Assembly (NCBI RefSeq): GCF_001194135.2
Contig: NC_068992.1
Coordinates: 47,570,733-47,634,732 of the forward strand
Reading direction: 5' to 3'
Length of the DNA: 64,000 nt
From: Octopus bimaculoides
Taxonomy: Eukaryota
Part shown: positions 13,219 through 25,877 of the stretch, in pieces
Layout of the letters: each line of letters begins with the position of its first letter
How positions within the stretch are numbered: position 1 is the first letter of the stretch
The notes under the pieces: model-generated
The model's input: the letters and a program-made list of their open reading frames with translations, nothing else
The model's database searches: none
Told to the model about the DNA's origin: nothing
Translations under genes and position numbers: made by a program

Positions 13219-13250
13219 GTACGCGCACACAAAACACACATACTAAGCAC
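12000..13250. promoter_or_regulatory. CpG-retaining island, candidate promoter/TSS region
   Basis: 14 CpG counted in 12421-12840 versus about 1 in 8341-8760; CpGs persist even inside flanking microsatellites; adjacent (GA)n tract. Confidence 0.35.
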
Positions 13251-13938
13251 AGACAGAAATGTGTGCAAATAAGGATTCATACCATAGAAAGACAAAATGG
13301 ACTAAACAAAGCAAGAGGAGATACATGGGAGACAAAGTCACTGAAGGGGTCCCATGATGTGTAACAAAAGAGACAAAGGGCATTAAAAAAATAATAATAA
13401 AAATGAAGTGAAGATCAAGTATATAGTGCGTGTGTTTGTAATTGGCAAAGATATGACCATCCCCATATATAACAATATATATAGAGTGTTTGTGTGTATG
13501 TGTAAGGATAGGTTTCATAAGAGTTTATATATGGGGTTGCATGCTGTGGGTCTGTGTCTCTGTGTTAGTGTGTTTTTTAACTTATACCTCTGCACCAAGT
13601 TATAGGAGTTTATATTTTGTGACCTTTGACTTCTATGTTTGTCTTTTCACTTATCTACAAGATGTTACTGATTTAGCAGAATAAATTTCCTACTCCAGGT
13701 GTCATCTTCAAGAATTGTATTAAAATACTGACCATTACAAGTTGCTTCTTCTATCCCCTTCCCCTCCCTTAAACTTTGTTTTATACACTTCCAGCACTTT
13801 CTACCTTCGTTTCCCACACCTCCTTCATGTATTTACCTTTTTTGTGTTTACATATTTTCTCATTGATCTTCATTTTATTTAGAAATCACATTTTATTATA
13901 GACATATTAGTCTTCAATTGATATATCTATGTGTATAA

Positions 13939-14135
13939 GGCGGCGAGCAGGCAGAAATGTTAGCATGCTGGGTGAAATGCTTAGCGGTATTTCATCTGTC
14001 TTTACATTCTGAGTTCAGATTCCGCTGGGGTCGACTTTGACTTTCATCCTTTCAGGCTCGATGAATTAAGTACCAGTTGCATAATGGGGTTGATCTAATC
14101 TACTGGTCCCTTCCACCCAAAACTTTTGGGCCTTG
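13939..14135 (+). mobile_element. tRNA-derived SINE (family A)
   Basis: ggcggcgagcaggcagaa...gttcagattcc...gtcgactttgactttcatcctttc...aagtaccagtt; same layout as about 20 other copies in the window. Confidence 0.85.
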
Positions 14136-14653
14136 AAAAGAATATCTCTATGTGTATGTGTGTATCTACTTTATTCATTTACTAATTTTATATTTTATTT
14201 CTCATACTGTTTACTACTATCTACTTCAGTCACTTATTTTTTCCCTTCCTTCATCTTTCTTACTTGCTTTCTTTCTGAAAATACTTATAAATCACCTCCC
14301 CATGTGTTATGTATTCAGTTATTACATCTCTGTAACAGAATGCCATAAAGTGTTCCCCTGACAATCTATCGTGGTTACACATCCAAACACACTCGGAACA
14401 TCCAACGCTGAGCTCCCGATAACTGCAATGGGGAAATGTACGTAGGAACTAGATATCTATACTTGTGTTTATCTCAATTTTCTCTCTGTATATCATAAGT
14501 TGTAACACTGCTAAGTGCAGTTGTGGACTAACCACTATACTGAAAGCTGACTGGATAATGATAATCTGTGTAAACCTCTAACTCACACAATAGTAGTCAT
14601 ACATCTAATTGCAGACACCACATGTATGTATGTATACATACATATATATACAT

Positions 14654-14688
<35 letters not shown>

Positions 14689-14715
14689 CATATGTATATA
14701 TTTATACATACATAT

Positions 14716-14796
<81 letters not shown>

Positions 14797-16029
14797 CATA
14801 CATATGAATATCAATGAGCAGCTGATAAGGGTACAACAAAAGACCTTACTTTCTATGAATGATATAAAGAAAAAAATTATAAATATATAAATAATTGTAA
14901 TCAAACAAGGGTCAGTATATAGAGTTCTTGTTTTTAGGTATCCAATGCGATTCTACCACAATATGTCTTCTTTTTTTTTTTTCTTCCTAAAACAAATAGA
15001 TCTTGAGTTCAAATCTACAACAGTAATTTTGCTGAGTCTGGGCAGCGCATGAAATTTGACATTATTTATGTAACCTAGATGTGAAGACAAAATGCCCAAT
15101 TAAAAAAACGAACAAAAAGGTCTCTTTTACCTTTTTCTATGCTTATTGGCTACCAACAACAACATTGTTTCCTCTCCCTCATTTTTACCACCGTTTATCT
15201 TCTGGAGTTACAGGTAACAGGGATTTATCTCCCTACTAGTTATATTAACAAATGTGTATTTTGCACTAAAAAGCCGATATCAGTGTTTCTATCATGGTAA
15301 TCTCCACAGAATAGTTTGCTCTAACAGAACATTCACATTTTAAGCAGAGATAAATATTACCTCTCAGTATTACTACTGACTCCATTGCTAATATAAATCT
15401 TTTGACCATGTAATATATATGATATAGTCAGATTTACCAGTTTTATCCTCCTGAATGAATTTCATCATTCAAATTATGCACTTGAACCAATCCTTCCACC
15501 ACAAACTACAACCGGATGGAACAAGGGCTACTTTTTTTTTTCCTATTTTACGTTACAAAAAAGACACCACCCAACAGAAGTTCAAAGTTAGTCATGAGGT
15601 CCATTGAACACATCAGTCTATGAGCACCAACAGAAACTGGTCAGATTTCACTTTCGATTCCTGACACAATTTAATAAAAACAAGATCCAGCAAGGTTTGA
15701 CATTTTCCTAAGGAAATATTATCCATATGGAAAAATTCTGGTTTTTGAAATAAATAATATTATATTAGGAAATATCTTTTTCTTTTTTTTTTGTGGAATA
15801 CAGACAAGACAACATATCTGAAATAGACAAGCCTGAAAGTCAAGATTCTGCACATATTTCTCTGCCACTTGATCAGAAGTCATTGATAATATATGTACAA
15901 CACAAATGTTTACCTGTATGTGTTCATGTTTAAACTATCACTGAGATAAATTTGCTTTTCATCCCATCAGGGTTGATATATTCTACAATAAGTGTCTCTG
16001 AAATTTGTGACCTTAAGCTTTATATTTGA

Positions 16030-16266
<237 letters not shown>

Positions 16267-16271
16267 CGATA

Positions 16272-17026
16272 GGGCAGAAAGATGGCAGAATTGTTAGAAT
16301 GCAAAGCAAACTGTTTTGTGACATTTCGTCCATCTTTACATTCTGACCTCAAATTCTGCCGAGATTGACTTTGCCTTTTATTTTTTCAGGTTTAAGATAG
16401 ATACCAGTGAAGCACTGGGATTGATGTAATCGATTCACCCCTTCCCCAAAATTTCAGGCCTTGTGCCCAAAATAGAAAGGATTATTATTGTCATTGATGA
16501 AACCCCAACCTTCAAAATTGCTGGCCTTGTGCCAAAATTTGAAACTATCGTTCTAATTACTTTTACCATTATTATTAAGACAGCAAGCTGGCAGAATTGT
16601 TAGTACACCGGACAAAACGCTTGGCAGCATTTCGTTGTGTCTTTATCCTTTAAGTTCAAATTCCCTTGAGGTCAACTTTACCTTTCATCCTTTCAGTGTT
16701 GATGCAAATAAGTACCAGTTGAGCACTAGAATTGATGTAGTGGACTTGCCCCTCCACTAAATTTCAAATCTTGTGCATATAACAAAGACGGATTATTTTC
16801 ATTATTATTATTGTAAGATGGTAAGCTGACAGAATCATTCGGCAAAATGCTTAGTAGCATTTTTTTTTATCAATTCTTTACATTCTGAGTTTAAACTCTG
16901 TTGAAGTTGATTTTACCTTTCATCCTTTCAGAGTCAATAAAATATTTCAGTCAAGCATTGGGGGTCAATGTAGTTGACTAGTTCCCTCCTGCAAAATGTC
17001 ATGGTCTTGTGCCAATAGTAGAAAGG

Positions 17027-17066
<40 letters not shown>

Positions 17067-17305
17067 TATTATTGTTATGGCACTGAGCTTGCAAAATCAT
17101 TTACTCATCAAGCAAAATGCTATCCAACATTTGTTCTAACTCTTTACATTCTCAGCTCAAATCCTGCTGAAGTGAAATTTGATTTCCATTCTTCTGAGTT
17201 TCATAAAAATAAAGTACCTCTCATATATTGGGGTTAATCTAGTCAACTTACCATGCACACGAAAATCTCAGACCTTATGACGGGATAAAAGCAACTATTA
17301 TTGAT
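16272..17305 (+). mobile_element. Head-to-tail train of four family-A SINEs (about 16272-16480, 16578-16795, 16815-17026, 17077-17305) plus a tail fragment
   Basis: Each unit has gctggcagaa-like head, ttctgagttcaaatt-like B box, ttcatcctttc core and ccttgtgc tail; units separated by (ATT)n. Confidence 0.85.
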
Positions 17306-17994
17306 AATATTGTATTCTTTTGCCAACAGTCTCATGTAAGATTCCATTTCACTATCAAGTATACTTCCATGTTTGCAAGGTGTATTTATAGCATCATGTT
17401 TTGGGGGTGAGAAATGGGGTGGATTGGTCAGTTTTGCATTATTGCGAAATTTAGCTTGTTGCTTCTGGTGCTATTTTAACAATACATTTGTTGTTTAGAC
17501 ATGTGTTGATTGTTTAGACAAGTGTTGTAATTTGCTGAATGATGTTTGTATAATGCTTATGTGGATATGAATTGTACTGTATGATCATAGCTATGATCAA
17601 CAAAAAAAAAAAAGTACTCAGGCCAGTAAGAGATAAACATTGTTTAACGAATACAGGAATTATAATTGAGCTACTTCGAGTTTCATGCTTGGATGGTGCA
17701 ATAATCAAATCAGTTTGTAAAGCATGCTGCAAACAATCTGGCAATCGTTCAGGCTAAAAACAAAGCAAAAACAAAAGCTTAAATTATTGCTGCATCATGC
17801 ATGGTACACTATACTGGTGTGTCTGATAATTGCACTATCCCATCATGAAACTTGAAGTAGCTCACATATAACTCTTGTAGTCATTAAATGATATATATAG
17901 GGTTCCTTTAGGCTGAGGACTTACCAATCACTCTAGAGATGGTGGCAAGACGAAATGCAGCCAACCACAGAAACCAAACCTCAAAAATGATACG

Positions 17995-18075
17995 TACAAG
18001 CACCAGTGTATGAAAGCAGATTGCGATGACCCCACCAACCCATGCCAGCATGGAAGGTAGACATAAAATGATGAT
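17995..18075 (+). mobile_element. 3' end fragment of RTE-tail-type SINE
   Basis: ccaacccatgccagcatggaaggtagacataaaatgatgatg matches 40655-40712 and 26750-26820. Confidence 0.6.
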
Positions 18076-18268
18076 GGCAATATATCTGTATGTATGTCTA
18101 TTTATATACATATACGTAGGGATGATTATGAGTATGTGTGTCTTCATGACAGTGTGTGTGTGTGTGTGTGTGTATGTATTTTTTTTAGATAGATAGATAG
18201 ATAGATATATAGATAGATAAAGATATGTATAGATGTGTACATGCATATATACATACATACATACATAC

Positions 18269-18319
<51 letters not shown>

Positions 18320-18773
18320 NNNNNNNNNNNNNNNNNNNNNNNNNNNNNNNNNNNNNNNNNNNNNNNNNNNNNNNNNNNNNNNNNNNNNNNNNNNNNNNNN
18401 NNNNNNNNNNNNNNNNNNNNNNNNNNNNNNNNNNNNNNNNNNNNNNNNNNNNNNNNNNNNNNNNNNNNNNNNNNNNNNNNNNNNNNNNNNNNNNNNNNNN
18501 NNNNNNNNNNNNNNNNNNNNNNNNNNNNNNNNATATATACACATCTATATATATGTATGTATATGTATATACACATATATATATATATATATATACATCT
18601 ATATAGATGTATGTATATGTATATATACATATGTGTATAATATATATGTATGTATAAATAAATAAATGAATATATATATGTATAAATATATATATATATA
18701 TATATATATACACAAACATACATGTATGTATATATAAAATAGTGAAGTTGATCACAAAAAAATGTTCCATTAC

Positions 18774-18811
18774 CTGGAGTGTCTGCATTCCCCACCTCTA
18801 CTGAATTTTCT
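18774..18811 (-). CDS. Candidate 38-nt micro-exon (ENSVEVGMQTLQ or RKFSRGGNADTP)
   Basis: Acceptor catgtttttcag and donor CAG|gtaatg in unique sequence between microsatellites; two open frames. Confidence 0.2.
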
Positions 18812-18851
18812 CCTGAAAAACATGGTGTAAAAGAAACATATTTGAATTGTA

Positions 18852-18857
<6 letters not shown>

Positions 18858-18882
<25 letters not shown>

Positions 18883-19136
18883 TAGAAAGAAAGCGAGGAG
18901 AGAGAAAGAGAGAGGTGAGAGAGGAAAAGGAGGGGAAGGAGAGTGAGAGGCAATGGGACTGAGTGTGAGATGAAGATGGTGGGAGTGAGTGTAAAGGAGT
19001 GGTGAGAAGGTGGGAGATGGAGACTAATGGCTGTGAAACTTATGAGAGTTTGTCTATGTGTTTGTGTGTGTATGTATGTGCATGTATATGTGTGAGACAG
19101 TGGAGAGAGAAATATAGATGGATAGATAGATAGATG

Positions 19137-19173
<37 letters not shown>

Positions 19174-19375
19174 CTAAAACAGATTATGGGAAAAAGAGAG
19201 TGAAGGATAGGAACAAAAGTTAGATGAGAAGAGATAGATAGGGAAAGAGAGAGAGAGAGAGAGAGAGGTAATATATGAGAAAAAAAGAGAGAGAATATGG
19301 CTGACTAATTATGGATGTGTAAGATGGTGACAGAGTGATATGGAAAGAATATGACATTAAGAGTCATTAAGGGTG

Positions 19376-19420
<45 letters not shown>
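18858..19420. repeat. (GA)n/(GATA)n-rich purine tract
   Basis: Multiple direct GA and GATA arrays. Confidence 0.85.
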
Positions 19421-19426
<6 letters not shown>

Positions 19427-19859
19427 ATGAAAGAAAGAGAGAAACAGAAGAAAGAACAGCTGGAGAACTATATTATGTAGTGTGTAGAGAGATAGTAGTG
19501 AGCCTATGTAATATGTGTACATATGTGTCTATATGTAGGTATTTGATTTTATAATAATAATTATACATATACATGTATGGTTTGATTCTTTTTCTGTGTA
19601 AAGTACTCAATACATATTCATGATCAGTTTTATAGAGTGATACACACGCACGCATACACACACACATGGTGGTTGTCTACTCCTTATGCAGAATCTGACC
19701 ATTTCTTGTACTTACACCTTAGATCTATCCTGGCATCTAATGTGGCTTCTTAAACCAGACAATATTTTGAAAAGACACCCACATAAATAGCATATCTGAT
19801 TTGGACCACCAAGAGTTGCAGTTAAATTCTGATTTTTGTGGATCTTAAAATGTCTTCTA

Positions 19860-20015
19860 AGAATTATTTACATTATTTACAATTGACGGATATTTGTCCT
19901 CATCTTGTTTGTTGTTAACACAACGTTTCGGCTGATATACCCTCTAGCCTTCATCAGGTGTCTTGGGGAAATTTCGAACCTGGGTTCTCATTCCTAAGGT
20001 ATTTTTCGATGCTGT
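19860..20015 (-). mobile_element. Penelope-like pseudo-LTR or ribozyme-carrying non-autonomous fragment
   Basis: Carries a minimal hammerhead of the type known from Penelope-like elements; ends in a short tgtaaataa duplication; PLE assignment is inference. Confidence 0.6.
19917..19962 (-). ncRNA. Minimal type I hammerhead ribozyme (dimer-type)
   Basis: Minus strand GACAC-CUGAUGA-A-GGCU-AGAGGGUAUAUC-AGCC-GAAA-CG-UU-GUGUU: both core boxes, 4-bp stem II, stem I ACAC/GUGU, loopless palindromic stem III. Confidence 0.75.
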
Positions 20016-20045
20016 TGTATTATTATTGCAGATTAAATATCAACA

Positions 20046-20485
20046 GGGCAGCAAACTGGCGGAATTTTTTGCTGCCCTGAACAAAATGTTAAACTGCATT
20101 TCTTCCAGTTTTACATTCTGACTTCAAATTCCGTTGAAGTCAATTTTGCCATTCATCCTTCCAGGGTCGATCAAATTGGTAACAGTTTAGCACTGGGACT
20201 GATGTAATCTATTGACTCCCACTCCCCAAATTTCAGGCTTTGTGTCTAAAGTAAAAAGGATTCTTATTATTCTGTGGTGAGATGGCAGAATCATTAGCGT
20301 ACTGGATGAAAAGCTTAGTGGTATTTCACCTGTTGCTATGTTCTGAGTTTTAATTCCACTGAGGTCGACTTTGCCTTTCATCCTTTCGGGGTCAATAAAT
20401 TGAGTACCAGTAAATCACTGGGGTCAATGTAATCGATTAGTACCAATCCCTCAAATTTCAGGCCTTGTGCCTATAGTAGAATGGA
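20046..20485 (+). mobile_element. Two tandem family-A SINEs (20046-20262, 20274-20485), then (TTA)n to about 20582
   Basis: gaggtcgactttgcctttcatcctttcggggtc core; tttcaggccttgtgcctatagtaga tail. Confidence 0.85.
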
Positions 20486-20500
20486 TTATTTTTGTCATTG

Positions 20501-20582
<82 letters not shown>

Positions 20583-20589
20583 CATCATA

Positions 20590-20760
20590 GTAGGTGTAGT
20601 ATGGCTGAATGGTTAAGAAGTTTGCTGTGAAACCATGATGTTCCAGGTTCAACTCCATTGCTAAGCATCTTGGGTTAAAGATTTTGCTTATAGCTACGGG
20701 TTAACCCATAACTTGTGAGTGAATCTAAAAAGATAGAAACTGAACAGAGGCCTGTGAAAT
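20590..20760 (+). mobile_element. Family-B SINE head/core, degenerate
   Basis: tggctgaatggttaagaagtttgc...ggttcaactcc...cttgtgagtgaat...gaaactgaa. Confidence 0.6.
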
Positions 20761-21404
20761 ACTCAGCCATTTACAAAGTAATTCAGGAGCAGATGATTCA
20801 GTTGAGTGAACAATTGAAACCTCATTATAAATTGAAGGCAATCCACAACTGCTATTATTATTATTATTATTATTTTATTATTATCATCATCCTTCTTCTC
20901 ATCATTTCAATAGCGTTACTTGTGTTGCATGTTTTTACTGCACAACCATATGCAATTCTGTGTTCAGGTATGTGCAGTGTTTTGCTTGTCTGTATTTCTA
21001 ATGCATTGAAAGAAAGAGCTGTACAATGACTCAGCACTAAGAGAAAACAAAGGAACAATCATCAATTTTACAATACTGCCATTACTGTTGAAAGACTCTA
21101 TTACCATGATGCAATGGTACTTTAGAAAATATAGATGCAAGGTGAGTAGAGTACAACATACAGAATATATTATTATGGAATGCTTTATTGTATAGCAAAT
21201 ACTGAATAGATGTATATTTTCTATTTGCTATTAGTAACAGACTGTAACAAATTTGAGTGACAAAATTATTTCACTTTTTAGCTACAGTTTCTCTTTGTAT
21301 CTGGATACAATGGAGACTTGAAAATTAGCTAGGTTTTGCATGATCAAAGGATAAAAATCTCAGACTCCTTCTCTGCTCAGTTGGTTTTCAAGTACTAAGC
21401 AGTC

Positions 21405-21480
<76 letters not shown>

Positions 21481-22135
21481 GTATGTATGTGTGTGTGTGT
21501 GTGTGTGGTTGTAATTAGAGAGAGAAGTGAAGTACCTACAATCAGGAATTACCTAACAACTAAGTTGTGTGAGTCACTTTGATAATGTGATGTTGTTAAG
21601 TAATACTTCATCATGAAAGTGCCATGACAAGACACAGATAGGCTTCAAGACAAATGATAGATGTGTATTTATAGAACTGTAAATAATGGTTAATTATTAA
21701 GTTGCTGTTGATACAAGAACCTTGCTCTGTCAGCCTGAACACAGATTTCATGGTTGCTTTTATATATATATTTTTTTTATTTTTGGTAATAATATACTGT
21801 CTCTGGTTTTGTAATATAATGATTATAATGAGGTAACTTTGCCTTCTGATGACAACCATAGCAGTGCAAAAGCCTTAATGTGGTTGCTCAAAATAGCAGC
21901 CAGATTATAACTTAGCCTCTTGGTAAAGAAAAAAAAAAATGAGAATGTAAGGACACATTGAATAATGTAGATGCAGATATACCAAAATATGGGTTAGTCA
22001 TGATTAAAACTGCTTTGGTCATGGTTCTGCTCAATTATGACTGACCCGGCACAAAAAGCAACAACAACAACAAAACTACCATTATAACATGTTTACAATG
22101 TTGGAATATTTTTTGATTTAGTAAGAAATTTGGGT

Positions 22136-22260
22136 CAGTGGTTTTCAACTAGGATCCATATGACCTTTGAGGGGTCAGCATAAGATTTTGCTGTTAAAAT
22201 TCATCTGCAATATATTAGTTACACTTCTATTATACACAAAACATTTTAACAAATTTTAAC
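22136..22260 (+). mobile_element. Partial hAT-like MITE (CAGTGGTT..CAAC end)
   Basis: cagtggttttcaact...ataagattttgctgttaaaattcatctgcaa matches 29205-29315 in reverse (ggttgagtaccactg end). Confidence 0.5.
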
Positions 22261-23125
22261 AAATCAGTTGCGATGTGGTTGTTGGACTTTTTTTAAATCA
22301 AGATGTCCAGAAAAGGGAGCTGTTCATTGCTAAAATTAGTCCAACAACCACATCGCAACTGACATTTACTACAAACCAACAGACTCTAAGCAGTATCTCC
22401 TTTTCAGTTCATGCCATCCTAAACACACCAAAATAAATATTCCATTCAATCTAGCAAAAAGGATTTGTACGATTTTATCTGACACAACCACTCGGGAACT
22501 TTGATTGCAAGAACTCAAAATAACACTCATCAAATGTCAATACCCAGCTACACTTATAGAACATGGAATTGAACGTGCCAAGAAATTGGACACAAACACA
22601 CTAAAAACAACAAAACAAAACACCACACCTCACCTCAAATCACTCCCATACATATCAACCCTAGAAACAATGAAGCTTACAACACAATTATACAAAATCT
22701 CCCTCTGCTCACTCAAGACCCGAAAATGAACAGCATCCTAAATAAACACAAATTACTGAAATTTAAAAGACAAGACAAATCACTCAAGAGACTCCTTACA
22801 AATGCAAAACTATACTCAATACATACAATACCAACAGTTAAAAAATGCAGACGACCCAATTGTGGTACATGCCCACACCTAACTGAAGGCTCGGAATTCA
22901 CATTCCAGCAAAGACAAAAATTCTCAATCAAAACTAACTTCACATGTGCCTCCCACAACCTTATCTATGTCCTAACCTGCTCAGGTTGTGGCCATAACTA
23001 TGTAGGCCAAACGAGCCTTTCTTTGTGCATAAGGAACAGATTCACTTCCCCCAGTACAGGCAAATTGCCCTGAGCGGACATATTGACAGATGTGCAGGTG
23101 ATAAAACGCCGAATTGGATTTTACA
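22261..23125 (+). mobile_element. Penelope-like element relic: RT C-terminus, linker and GIY-YIG endonuclease, with inverted 5' piece
   Basis: TDIYYKPTDSKQYLLFSSCHPKHTKINIPFNLAKRICTI; KKCRRPNCGTC linker; NLIYVLTCSGCGHNYVGQT (GIY-YIG); stop and frameshifts; LPFLDIL motif on the minus strand at 22261-22320. Confidence 0.9.
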
Positions 23126-23185
23126 ATGCCCATATAATATGTATATATTTATTTTAAATAAATAAAAAAAATATTAAACTATCAA

Positions 23186-23221
<36 letters not shown>

Positions 23222-23229
23222 CATATATA

Positions 23230-23390
23230 CGATGAACTTCTTTCACTTTCCATCTAGCAAATACACTCACAAGTCTTTGGTCAGCCCAAGGCTATAGAAG
23301 ACTTGCCCAAAGTGCCACTCAGTGGGACTGAACTCAGGTCCATGTGGTTGTAAAGTAAACTTCTTACAACACAAGCACACCAGCGCTTAT
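23230..23390 (-). mobile_element. Family-B SINE head/core
   Basis: cacaagtctttggtcagcccaaggctatagaagacttgcccaaagtgccac...gggactgaactc, preceded by (TA)n. Confidence 0.75.
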
Positions 23391-24924
23391 GTGAGGTATT
23401 TAATTCTACGATTACTATAGCATTTCATATTTGTGAGTTAATTTTATATTGCATTTTTAATGATAATTTCTTAAGTTTTTTCTTTTTATAAACACACAGT
23501 CCTAAATACTCCCCAACAGTCAGGATAGGCAAAGTTGGAATGTCTTTGGCTATAAAGCTCTCAGCTTGGGCAGAGTTCATTCACTTAAAACTAAACAACA
23601 ACAAAAACCTATTACCGCAACAACTATAAGAACATCCCACTCACATTTTGATAAGAGATGTTCTTCATATGAGATTTGACTCTTTAGAAAGACTGTCTTC
23701 ACCATAAAAGAAATATGGTTAATTTGTAACAAACCACAACACACACAAAATTTCTTTAATAAATTTTTGAAAAATTTTGAAAATAAAATTATCTTGAAGT
23801 TCCTAAACATAAAGATCAGACATAAATTTGGTAGAAATAATATAAAGAATAAATTCAAAATGTTATTTAATGGTTGAAATTGTCCCAGATATGAAACTTT
23901 ACTAGAAAAATGGTTGATGGCAGAAACTAGTTACAGGAAAGATATCAGGCTGTAAAATGATGTCTACATGGAAAAATGGATGTAACATAAATGAACAAAG
24001 TTCTGAGTTCAAATCCTGCTGAAGTTGACTTTGCCTTCATTCTCACCAGGGGTGAGAGAGGAGAGGGGCAGAATATATTACCAGTAATGTATTGTGGATC
24101 AGTTATCTATGTGATTGTATTTATTTACAACCAAGTGGACTGTGTTATTAAGGGTTAAGTATCTTAGTCATAGATACAGTGAATAAAACAGGATAGAATA
24201 TAAAGTTTTAATGCTCTGGGAAATGCATGAATGTCACAATGTTGCCCATCAACCCACTCCACACACGTTTCCCACCACTCTCTCATTTGATATTTGATGA
24301 AGACATCATTAGTAAAAACAGCTTAGACATGCGACAGAAACTTTCTACAAACAGGTATATTAATAAATAATTTGTCTGATTCCTTCGTTAACTTCAGTTT
24401 TGTTTTATTTTTGCATTCAGATTTTTTCACTTCTTTTTTTTCTTTTTTTGTACCCACAAATTAAATATAAAATGTTTTTCTTTCATGAATCTTAACTTAA
24501 TCAACAATTACTTAATTGCTTAATTGAAAACAAATTGTTGAGATAAATTAAAATTTATTTCTGCTATTGTTGTTTTTAAGCTGATTCAAATAAGAGAGTG
24601 AATGTGAGTTGAATGGATCACGTGATTAGAAATGAACTGTGTGTTCTTAGCTTATGAGATCAAATCTGGTGTGAAATCTGCAACATCAAAGAAGAGGTGT
24701 GGCCAGTTTACAACAGTTAATCACTTTACTGACCCTGGAAGGATGAAAATTAAAGGTCAAATCCAGTGGAATCTGAGCTGAGAATACACAGGAATGAATG
24801 TAAATAAAAAAGTTTACAACATCTAGTTCATTACTGTATCATTTCCACCAAATCCTCACTGTTTTGTAACATGCTGTCAATAATAATAACAACAAAATAA
24901 AAATAAATATAATAATAATAATGG

Positions 24925-25070
24925 TCTGATGCAGTACTAGGCAGTGGCTCTCATGGCTTCTTATCTTAATTGATTGGAAGTGTTATCATGTACATTGTTT
25001 TGTCTTGGTATAAAAGATGGGCTACAGCAAATATTCTGCTCAATATCACAGATTTGCTTGTCAACAGAAC
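24925..25070 (+). mobile_element. Terminal fragment of the (AAT)n-embedded element at 52640-53195
   Basis: gcagtggctctcatggcttct...gattggaagtgttatcatgtacattgttttgtctt...ttgcttgtca is near-identical to the reverse complement of 53050-53190; preceded by (AAT)n. Confidence 0.8.
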
Positions 25071-25835
25071 AGGGTCATCCCAGCAGGAATGTGTTTGATC
25101 CTAAGTCTTCTGAATCAGGATTAGCCAGGGGCCAAACAAAAATGACAACATGAGGATATGTGGTCTTTGGGAGAGTTTATTTAGCTGCAAGTATTTAGAT
25201 CAGACTTCTCTCCCTGTTCCTACTTTGTCCACAGTTTTACGTACAGGTGATTAGGCTGGGTGGGCACCAGCTGCAAAAATTTGATCAGTCCATCTGCTAC
25301 AACAGTTTAGCCACTCAGAGAAAAGGGCATTGACTACATAAGTTTGACCAGTTTCAGATAAGCACATGAACTACAATAGTTTGACCAGTGTGAAAGTAGT
25401 GCACCAGCTGTATCACATTGGCCAGTCTCTCAAGAAGGATTCCAGTCACAGCAACTTTGACCATTTTGGAAATGGAAAGGAACAAAAAAACTACATGTGT
25501 TGAGGTCACTGCCTTCCTAACTAACTAACCTACAAAAGATAAATAATAAAATATAGACAAAATAAAGAAACAATTCCATCAACAAAGAATTGAACCTAGT
25601 TCACAGGGTTGTAAGAAGTTTGTATACGACTTGCTCAGCAAATTGTTGGAAGTTATACTTATCCTCCTACTAGCCTGAGTTATCCTCCTACCACTTCTTG
25701 AGTTCAATGTTCTGGAGCTTAGCAAATTGAATAAAAACCATATAAAACTTTATATTTTATTGGAATATCGTTTTTGTTTTATTCACCTCATTAGCAATTT
25801 TATCTCCCAAGTCAAGGGATTAAGTTGATGAAAGT

Positions 25836-25877
<42 letters not shown>

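Noticed and set aside
16272-17305. CRISPR-like repeat-spacer array
   Set aside because: The units are about 210-bp divergent SINEs in a eukaryotic context; there are no short identical repeats, unique spacers or cas genes.
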